NCBI GenBank assembly: GCA_905234655.1
Contig: CAJOJG010000001.1
Location: 29,975 to 93,974 of the forward strand
Length of the DNA: 64,000 bases
Reading direction: 5' to 3'
Source of the DNA: an uncultured Bacteroidales bacterium
GTDB lineage: Bacteria; Bacteroidota; Bacteroidia; Bacteroidales; UBA3824
In this document: in pieces, positions 9,682-16,656 of the stretch
How positions within the stretch are numbered: position 1 is the stretch's first letter
How the letters are laid out: every line of letters starts with the position of its first letter
The notes under the pieces: model-generated
Told to the model about the DNA's origin: nothing
The model's database searches: none
Seen by the model: the letters and a program-made list of their open reading frames with translations, nothing else
Translations under genes and position numbers: made by a program

Positions 9682-9772
9682 AACATTTGTTAACACTTGG
9701 TGATTCGCTCAAAAATATTCTTTTCCTGTTTGGAAGTTTTATTATGAATGCGTATTTTTTATGTGATTTTTG

Positions 9773-9803
9773 TTTGTCATTATATGTTTTTTATATATTT
9801 TTG
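9773..9803 (+). promoter_or_regulatory. Consensus Bacteroidota promoter upstream of pyrC (TTTG-N19-TATTTTTG)
   Basis: TTTG at 9773-9776 and TATTTTTG at 9796-9803, separated by 19 nt. This matches the TTTG / TAnnTTTG consensus. Confidence 0.6.
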
Positions 9804-9852
9804 CAATGTGATAGGCGTTTTACAAGTAAAGTTGATTCCGCCAACGACCCAT

Positions 9853-9877
9853 AGACCGCCATTGGCGGTTTTTTTAT
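9853..9877 (+). terminator. Intrinsic terminator-like hairpin inside the pyrC leader
   Basis: AGACCGCC-ATT-GGCGGTTT stem (one G-U pair) followed by a T-run through 9876. It lies about 45 nt downstream of the predicted start site and 34 nt upstream of the pyrC ATG. No plus-strand coding gene lies upstream for it to terminate. Confidence 0.55.
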
Positions 9878-9910
9878 GTTTTTAGTCTATAATTTATCAC
9901 AACGAATACA

Positions 9911-11257
9911 ATGAAACTTCTCATCCATAACGGCCGCGTCGTCAGCGACGGGCGGGTGTTCACTGGCTCGGTGCTCGTGGACGGCGACAGGATTGCAGGT
10001 GTCTATGACACAAGGCATTACAAGGATATTCCTAACTACGACGAAAAATATGACGCGACGGGGAAGATTGTCTTTCCGGGCTTCATCGACACGCATGTGC
10101 ACTTCCGCGAGCCGGGGCTGACGCACAAGGCCGACATCAGGACTGAATCCCGGGCGGCGGCGGCGGGCGGCGTAACGACTTTTTTCGACATGCCAAACAC
10201 CAAGCCGCCGACCACCACAGAAGACCTTGTCAATGAGAAGTTTGCAATCGCTAAGGATAATTCACTCATTAATTATTCTTTCTTCGTCGGGGCTACCAAT
10301 GACAACATCGACGACCTCCTCCGCATGGACTACACCAAAATCTGCGGCATCAAGGTTTTTATGGGCAGTAGCACCGGCAATATGCTCGTTGACGACGAGA
10401 CGGCTTTGAGGCGGCTTTTTCGCGAGGCACCGGTCAACATCGCCGCACATTGCGAAAGCGAGGCCGTCATCAAGGCTGAGACAGAGCGATTTCGCCAACT
10501 TTTCCCCACTGACGCACACCCGCGCATACATCAGCACGTGAGGAATGCCAAGGCTTGCTTCGAATCGACGGCCCTCGCCGTGCAGCTCGCCGAGGAATAC
10601 GACACGCGCCTCCATGTCTGCCACATTTCCACCAAACGCGAATTGAAGCTATTCAGCAACAAGCCGCTCGTCAACAAACTCATCACCGCCGAGGCTTGCA
10701 TACCTCATCTTTGGTTTGACGCCGACGACTACGAGACGCTCGGCATCCGCATCAAGTGCAACCCGTCGATAAAGACCCGCGCCGACAGGAACGCAATCCG
10801 TTATGCGTTGGCGGACAACATCATAGATAGCGTCGCCACTGACCACGCGCCCCACGCCCGGGACGAGAAAAATCGTTCGTATTTTGACGCGCCGTCGGGC
10901 ATGCCGTCTGTGCAGTTTGGGATTTGCGTGATGATGGATTTGTATTTCAAGAAGATAGTTTCGCTGGAAGTGATTGCGCAGAAGATGTGCCACGCGCCGG
11001 CCACGATTTTCCGCATCAAAGACCGTGGCTACTTGCGTGAGGGTTATTACGCCGACATCGCCATCATCGACCCCGATTCGCATTGGCAAATCCACGACGA
11101 CACCGCCATCAGCAAGTGCAAGTGGACGCCGTTTGACAAGCTTTGGTTCGGCTCGCGCGTTGCCGCCACGATGGTCAATGGCAAGTTTGTCTATCGCGAC
11201 GGCAAGATTGTCGAGGGGCAGGACGCGGCGATGCAGGTGGCGTTCAATAGGCGGTAG
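9911..11257 (+). CDS. pyrC: Dihydroorotase (cyclic amidohydrolase family)
   Basis: 448 aa. It carries the metal-binding signature GFIDTHVHFREPG and the later VATDHAPH motif, with length typical of class I dihydroorotases. Confidence 0.85.
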   Translation: MKLLIHNGRVVSDGRVFTGSVLVDGDRIAGVYDTRHYKDIPNYDEKYDATGKIVFPGFIDTHVHFREPGLTHKADIRTESRAAAAGGVTTFFDMPNTKPPTTTEDLVNEKFAIAKDNSLINYSFFVGATNDNIDDLLRMDYTKICGIKVFMGSSTGNMLVDDETALRRLFREAPVNIAAHCESEAVIKAETERFRQLFPTDAHPRIHQHVRNAKACFESTALAVQLAEEYDTRLHVCHISTKRELKLFSNKPLVNKLITAEACIPHLWFDADDYETLGIRIKCNPSIKTRADRNAIRYALADNIIDSVATDHAPHARDEKNRSYFDAPSGMPSVQFGICVMMDLYFKKIVSLEVIAQKMCHAPATIFRIKDRGYLREGYYADIAIIDPDSHWQIHDDTAISKCKWTPFDKLWFGSRVAATMVNGKFVYRDGKIVEGQDAAMQVAFNRR

Positions 11258-11265
11258 GGTGATTT

Positions 11266-12690
11266 TTACGCAAATAAATCCTCCAATGTTACCACGTCTT
11301 TTACTTGGCTACTGTATTTGCCGCTGGTGATGCCGTATGGGGCAATGAATGTGGTGAGGAGACCATAGTTGGTGCCGGTTTCTGACTTGAAGTTGGCAAG
11401 GCGGATGCGAAGTTTCATGTCTTCGTCTTTTGTGATGACGTATGGAATGTCGCAAAATTTTATTTCACAGATGTTTATCATGCGGTCGCCACGCTCGATG
11501 GCGAGGTCGATTTGAGATTTTGGTTCTGTGGTGGTGCTGCGCCAGGCGTAATGTTCGGTGTGGATTTTGTCGATGCCCAACGCCCTCTTTATTTGGTTGA
11601 TATGCCAAAAACAAACCCTCTCGAATGAAAGCCCTTGCCACGTGATTGCGGTCTGAGTCTTGAAAATGTTTGACCAATAGTTTTCGTCAGTGGTCTCGCG
11701 GCGGCAAAATTTTGCATAAAACATCGTGAACATGTCGCTGACTTGGTAAATATGTTGGTTGGCGCGGATTTTTTTGCCTCTTGTGCGGTAGTGCCGGATA
11801 AAGTCGCAGTTTTCCAAGTCGTTGAGTATCAATGTAAGCCGTGCCCCTGTTGGAATTTTGGATTTTGCGGCGATTTGGTCGCGGTACAGTCCGCCCGGTG
11901 CCGATGTCAGCGCGTCGATTACCTGCATATATGGCTCGGAGTTTCTGAAAAGCGATTTAAACAGCCTCTCGTATTCGTTTTTCAACTGCGCTTTCTGTCC
12001 GAAAAACAAGCTGTCGATGTTTTGTGCGACGCTCTTGGCGTTGTCCAAAAGGCTCAGGTAATACGGTACGCCGCCGATTGCCATGTAGAGCTGACAGATG
12101 GAGTAGCGGTCGTAGTCGAATCCGTATTCTGTAAGGTATTCTTCCACTTCGCCGAGGTTAAACTGACGAAGGTACATTTCATGAGTTATGCGGTTGTGAA
12201 GTCCGCCGTGGTTGTCGATTATGTTGTTGACAATCCATGAAGTTGACGAGCCGCACACGATGAGCATCATGTTGTTTTGGTCGGCCGCCCACGTGTTCCA
12301 AAAGTGGTCTAACGCCGCCACGAAACCCGATTTTGGAGTGTCAAGGCATGGAATTTCGTCTATGAAGACGATGCAACGCTTGTTTCGGTTGATTTTCGGT
12401 TCCAACAGTTGGCGAAGCGAGAAAAATGCCTCCTGCCAGTTTTGCGGCGTTTTTGGGTCTGTCAGCCCGGCGTTGGCGAGGCCTTCGCGGAAGTTGTTGA
12501 GTTGCACTGTTTTGGGACTGTCGATAGTCCCCGACATATAAAAATCGAATTTGTTGGCGAAGTGTTGTTTGATGAGGAACGTCTTGCCAACGCGCCGCCG
12601 TCCATATATAGCCACAAATTCTGCCTTCCCCGATTGCAAATATCGGTTCAATATTTTTCTTTCTTCTTGTCTGCCAATGAGTTTGTCCAT
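11266..12690 (-). CDS. AAA-ATPase of the archaeal-ATPase/DUF234 type with a PD-(D/E)xK-like C-terminus (paralog of 8168-9583)
   Basis: Walker A is IYGRRRVGKTFL and Walker B is IVFIDEIPCLD. The C-terminal segment is QIDLAIERGDRMINICEIKFC. The start is set at ATG 12690 (MDKLIGRQEE) because it aligns with MLIGREQEK of the paralog and lies downstream of the predicted promoter. The ORF-track start at 12789 runs through the palindromes; ATG 12708 is an alternative. Confidence 0.85.
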   Translation of the reverse strand: MDKLIGRQEERKILNRYLQSGKAEFVAIYGRRRVGKTFLIKQHFANKFDFYMSGTIDSPKTVQLNNFREGLANAGLTDPKTPQNWQEAFFSLRQLLEPKINRNKRCIVFIDEIPCLDTPKSGFVAALDHFWNTWAADQNNMMLIVCGSSTSWIVNNIIDNHGGLHNRITHEMYLRQFNLGEVEEYLTEYGFDYDRYSICQLYMAIGGVPYYLSLLDNAKSVAQNIDSLFFGQKAQLKNEYERLFKSLFRNSEPYMQVIDALTSAPGGLYRDQIAAKSKIPTGARLTLILNDLENCDFIRHYRTRGKKIRANQHIYQVSDMFTMFYAKFCRRETTDENYWSNIFKTQTAITWQGLSFERVCFWHINQIKRALGIDKIHTEHYAWRSTTTEPKSQIDLAIERGDRMINICEIKFCDIPYVITKDEDMKLRIRLANFKSETGTNYGLLTTFIAPYGITSGKYSSQVKDVVTLEDLFA

Positions 12691-12715
12691 ATTTTGTGTG
12701 TTTTGCATTTTCCTG

Positions 12716-12747
12716 CAAATATAAAAATAATCTGCCAAACACGCAAA
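12716..12747 (-). promoter_or_regulatory. Consensus promoter of the second ATPase gene (TTTG-N20-TATATTTG, minus strand)
   Basis: On the minus strand, TATATTTG is at 12716-12723 and TTTG is at 12744-12747. The -33 element lies in the loop of the palindrome 12727-12771. Confidence 0.6.
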
Positions 12748-12771
12748 TTTTTGTTGAGTTTGGCAGATTAT
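12727..12771. repeat. 45-bp palindromic element (ATAATCTGCCAAAC-N17-GTTTGGCAGATTAT), promoter-proximal copy
   Basis: Perfect 14-bp inverted repeat. The outer 9-mers and the total span are identical to the elements at 8119 and 9637. Confidence 0.95.
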
Positions 12772-12774
12772 CCA

Positions 12775-12825
12775 CCGATAATCTGCCAAACTGGTGATTT
12801 TTTTTTGAGTTTGGCAGATTATCGG
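12775..12825. repeat. Palindromic element, distal copy (CCGATAATCTGCCAAAC-N17-GTTTGGCAGATTATCGG)
   Basis: Perfect 17-bp inverted repeat. The 45-bp core is 12778-12822. It starts 3 nt after the proximal copy. Confidence 0.95.
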
Positions 12826-13024
12826 GGCGTGATGAATACTTTTGCGTTGTAATCAAAAAAATAAATCAAACCTCTGTCAGTAAAAATGCCAAGTACGATT
12901 TTCCACCCGACTTTTCCGTGTTCCTTCCATTTTCCTTCCCCCAAAAATATGTAGGGGCGAACCGATGTATCCGCACGTTTTAATGAAATTGTCACGAAAA
13001 AAATCGAATGAAAGAATCTCTTGT

Positions 13025-13058
13025 TTTGCACGTGTTTCATTTTTTTTCCTTATTTTTG
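13025..13058 (+). promoter_or_regulatory. Candidate promoter for the lipoprotein-mutS unit
   Basis: TTTG at 13025-13028 and TATTTTTG at 13051-13058. The 22-nt spacing is slightly long. Confidence 0.35.
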
Positions 13059-13083
13059 CAGTGTCATCAAAAAAACAAACAAT

Positions 13084-13671
13084 ATGAAAAAAATCCTACT
13101 ATCTACCATCGCGGCTGCGGTGATGCTCGCGTCCTGCACCGGCACCGGCAAAAACGGCAACACGACACCCGCCGCCGATTCCACGACGTGCTGCGCCGCC
13201 GCCGAAAAACCCGTGCCGCCTGCCGTAATCCCCGAATCGGAAACTTTCTACGACTTCGACAGCACCAAGGCTCTCGTCATCGCCAATCCGATTTCGTATG
13301 ATGTTACCACCAAGTGCTACGTCCACGACGACGACGGATGGGACGAGCTGCGCGTCGCCAATACAAACACCGTCGCAATCGCAAACGCACTTTTCCAGGC
13401 CGTCTATAAAGGCCGACTGACCGCCTACGACTACTTCACGGAACAGCCGATGCCGGTAGATTCGGTCAAGGCGGTCGAAAAAAAGTTTTCGCGCCAGCAA
13501 ATTGGCAAGCTGATGTTCACCGAGAAATGGTATTTTTCGGAACAGACGCTCTCATTCACCAAAAAAGTGGAAACCATAACCCTCGGCTACGAACTCTTCG
13601 ACAAACAGAGCGGCGAACTGCACGGTTTCAAGCCCGCTTTTTTAGTTAAACTCAACGAAATCAAAAAATAA
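13084..13671 (+). CDS. Lipoprotein of unknown function
   Basis: The start is set at ATG 13084 (MKKILLSTIAAAVMLASCTG, a signal peptide with lipobox). I recognise no family. It ends 10 nt before mutS. Confidence 0.6.
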   Translation: MKKILLSTIAAAVMLASCTGTGKNGNTTPAADSTTCCAAAEKPVPPAVIPESETFYDFDSTKALVIANPISYDVTTKCYVHDDDGWDELRVANTNTVAIANALFQAVYKGRLTAYDYFTEQPMPVDSVKAVEKKFSRQQIGKLMFTEKWYFSEQTLSFTKKVETITLGYELFDKQSGELHGFKPAFLVKLNEIKK

Positions 13672-13681
13672 CATTTTCGAG

Positions 13682-16351
13682 ATGGCAAGGACGGAAACTA
13701 CCCCTTTGATGCGGCAATACAACTCTGTGAAAGCCAAATACCCCGACGCGATATTGTTGTTCAGGGTAGGCGATTTTTACGAAACATTCGAATCCGACGC
13801 GGTGAAGGCGTCGGAAATCCTCGGCATAACTCTCACTAAGAGAGCCGGTTCGCCGCTTGCGGGCATTCCGTACCACGCCCTCGACAATTACCTGCCGCGC
13901 CTCGTCAGGGCGGGTCAGCGCGTCGCGATATGCGAGCAACTCGAAGACCCAAAGACATGCGGCAACAAAATCGTAAAGCGCGGAATCACCGAGCTGATAA
14001 CGCCCGGCGTGTCGCTCAACGATAACGTACTCGACAACAAGTCAGACAATTACGCCGCCTGCATCAACCTCGGGCACGACAAGAATGGCATCGCGTTCCT
14101 CGACATTTCCACCGGCGACTTCCTCGTTGCGGAAGGCTCGACCGAATACCTCGAAAAACTTCTCGTGTCGCTCAACCCCAAGGAAGTCCTCTACGAGCGC
14201 AGCCGCAAGGAAGAAATCACGTCGCTTTTTGGCAACAAGTATTACTTTTATCCCCTCGACGACTGGGCGTTTGAGCCGCAGACATCGAGGGAAAGACTTT
14301 TGAGGCAGTTTTCGACCACGTCGCTCAAAGGATTTGGCATCGAGGAAATGCCCTTTGCGGTAACGGCGGCGGGCGCGCTCATGCACTATCTCGACATCAC
14401 GCAGCACACACAGCTGAGCCACATCATCAAGATTTCGCGGCTCGACGAGGGGCGTTACGTGTGGCTCGACAAGTTCACGGTGCGCAACCTCGAAATCTTC
14501 GCGCCGCTCAGCCCGTCGGGGAAGACTTTGCTCGACGTCATCGACAAGACCTCAAGTCCGCAGGGTGGCCGTTTATTGAAACATTGGATAGCCCTGCCGC
14601 TGCGCAACGTCGGTCTCATCGAAAAACGCCTTGCCTACACCCAGGCTCTCAAAGACAATTTTGAGTTACTCGAAAATCTGCGTTCGTCCCTGCGTCAAGT
14701 GGGTGATATTGAGAGGCTTGTGTCTAAGATTTCCACACAGCGCGTCAATCCCCGCGACGTCAACCAAATGCGGCTGTCGCTCGAATGTATCGCCCAAATC
14801 CGCAATTATTTCGCCAACGAGACCGCCAATGGCAACCATATTTTCGACCCGCTTTATGAGCAACTCAATCCTTGCGCCAATGTCGCGGAACGCATTGGGA
14901 AAGTGATAGTTGACGACCCGCCGCTGATGATTTCCAAGGGCAGTTTTGTCCGCAGCGGCTTTGATGCGCAGCTCGACGAACTTCGCGACCTGCGCGTCAA
15001 TTCAAAGGAATACCTCAACAAGATGCGCGACACCCTCGTTGAACAGACTGGCATCACGTCCCTGAAACTCGGTTACACGGGCGTTTTCGGGTATTTTCTC
15101 GAAGTCCGCAACACCCACAAGGACAAGGTGCCTCAGGATTGGATTCGCAAGCAAACCCTCTCTGACGCAGAGCGTTACATCACCCCCGAACTCAAAGAAT
15201 ACGAGGAAAAAATCCTCAACGCCGAAGACACTATCCAGACCATCGAAGTCCGCATCTTCAACGAACTCGTGGCGTACCTCGCGCAGTACATCGAGACTTT
15301 CCTCGCCAACGCCAAGACCGTCGCCACCATCGACTGCCTCTGTTCCTACGCGCAGGCCGCCACCGACAACAACTATTGCCGCCCCGTCATCGACGAGAGC
15401 ATGACCATCGACATCAAGGCTGGCCGCCATCCCGTCATCGAAAAACAACTGCCGGTGGGCGAAGAGTACATCCCCAACGACGTTTTCCTCGACAACGACA
15501 CCCAGCAAATAATGATGATAACGGGCCCCAACATGGCGGGCAAGTCGGCGTTGCTGCGTCAGACGGCGTTGATAATGCTGATGGCGCAGTCGGGCAGTTT
15601 TGTGCCGGCAGAGAGCGTCAAGGCGGGCTACGTCGATAAGGTGTTCACGCGAGTGGGCGCGAGCGACAATATTTCGTCGGGCGAATCGACGTTCATGGTC
15701 GAGATGAACGAGGCGGCTGGCATTCTCAACAACATGACGCCCCGCAGCCTTGTGCTCTTCGACGAGCTTGGGCGCGGCACATCTACCTACGACGGCATTT
15801 CAATAGCACAGGCCATTGTCGAGTACATCCATGAATTTCCGCAGGCGCGTGCCAAGACCCTTTTTGCGACGCACTACCACGAACTCAACGACATGGAAGC
15901 CAACTTCCCGCGCATCAAGAATTTCAACGTCTCTGTCAAGGAAATCGACGGCAAGGTAATCTTCATGCGCAAGCTCGTCCCCGGCGGCAGCGAACACAGT
16001 TTTGGCATCCACGTAGCCAAACTCGCCGGCATGCCCCCCGTGGTCGTCGAGCGCGCCAACGACATCATGAAGGAACTCGAATCTGGCTCACGCGCCTCTG
16101 CCTCTGCATCTTCCACATCCTCTGTGTCCTCTGCGTCCCCCTCTGTGCCCTCTGCGTCTTCAAAAATCAAGACCGCCAAGCCGTCCAAAAAATCCACCGT
16201 TGACGGCATCCAGTTGAGTTTCTTCAACCTCGAAGACCCCGTCCTGATGCAAATCCGCGACGAAATCAAGCAAATCGACATCAACACCCTCACGCCCATC
16301 GAGGCTCTCAACAAGCTGAACGACATCAAGAAGATTTGCGGGGTGAAATAG
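13682..16351 (+). CDS. mutS: DNA mismatch repair protein MutS
   Basis: 889 aa. The N-terminus is TPLMRQYNSVKAKYPDAILLFRVGDFYETF, Walker A is GPNMAGKS and the ABC region is STFMVEMNE. A Ser/Ala-rich linker precedes the C-terminal domain. Confidence 0.97.
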   Translation: MARTETTPLMRQYNSVKAKYPDAILLFRVGDFYETFESDAVKASEILGITLTKRAGSPLAGIPYHALDNYLPRLVRAGQRVAICEQLEDPKTCGNKIVKRGITELITPGVSLNDNVLDNKSDNYAACINLGHDKNGIAFLDISTGDFLVAEGSTEYLEKLLVSLNPKEVLYERSRKEEITSLFGNKYYFYPLDDWAFEPQTSRERLLRQFSTTSLKGFGIEEMPFAVTAAGALMHYLDITQHTQLSHIIKISRLDEGRYVWLDKFTVRNLEIFAPLSPSGKTLLDVIDKTSSPQGGRLLKHWIALPLRNVGLIEKRLAYTQALKDNFELLENLRSSLRQVGDIERLVSKISTQRVNPRDVNQMRLSLECIAQIRNYFANETANGNHIFDPLYEQLNPCANVAERIGKVIVDDPPLMISKGSFVRSGFDAQLDELRDLRVNSKEYLNKMRDTLVEQTGITSLKLGYTGVFGYFLEVRNTHKDKVPQDWIRKQTLSDAERYITPELKEYEEKILNAEDTIQTIEVRIFNELVAYLAQYIETFLANAKTVATIDCLCSYAQAATDNNYCRPVIDESMTIDIKAGRHPVIEKQLPVGEEYIPNDVFLDNDTQQIMMITGPNMAGKSALLRQTALIMLMAQSGSFVPAESVKAGYVDKVFTRVGASDNISSGESTFMVEMNEAAGILNNMTPRSLVLFDELGRGTSTYDGISIAQAIVEYIHEFPQARAKTLFATHYHELNDMEANFPRIKNFNVSVKEIDGKVIFMRKLVPGGSEHSFGIHVAKLAGMPPVVVERANDIMKELESGSRASASASSTSSVSSASPSVPSASSKIKTAKPSKKSTVDGIQLSFFNLEDPVLMQIRDEIKQIDINTLTPIEALNKLNDIKKICGVK

Positions 16352-16623
16352 GGGAAAGGTTCAATGCGGATACCTACTTATGTTACTGGCTACTTGCAGG
16401 GGTTTTGCATGCTATGATACTTGAGTAGTTTCAGTCCATCAGGATAATCAAAAAAAGCAAACAGATTTTCCAATTCCATCATTTTTTTGAAAAGGAAAAA
16501 ACTCACTACCTTCCTCGGAGCAGTGTGGACTTTTTTAATAATAACCACGCTTCATTTCCATCTCTTACCACAATTTTACCAAACCTTAATCACTACCCCC
16601 TTGCACTTTCCGCCAAAAATCCC

Positions 16624-16631
16624 TAACTTTG
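16624..16631 (+). promoter_or_regulatory. Candidate -7 box (TAACTTTG) for the antiporter gene
   Basis: TAACTTTG lies 26 nt upstream of the ATG at 16657. Confidence 0.35.
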
Positions 16632-16656
16632 CACCCGAAAAAATCATAAAATTATC

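Noticed and set aside
12341-12856. ORFs 12341-12856 (minus) and 12409-12852 (plus), and the N-terminal extension of the ATPase ORF to 12789
   Set aside because: They exist only because the palindromic repeats are stop-free in several frames. Their translations repeat the same peptide (IICQT..., LADY...), which mirrors the DNA repeats. The predicted promoter lies inside them.
16352-16600. Possible tRNA or other structured RNA (GGTTCAAT resembling a T-loop) after mutS
   Set aside because: No acceptor stem or anticodon arm can be built around it, so the resemblance is by chance.
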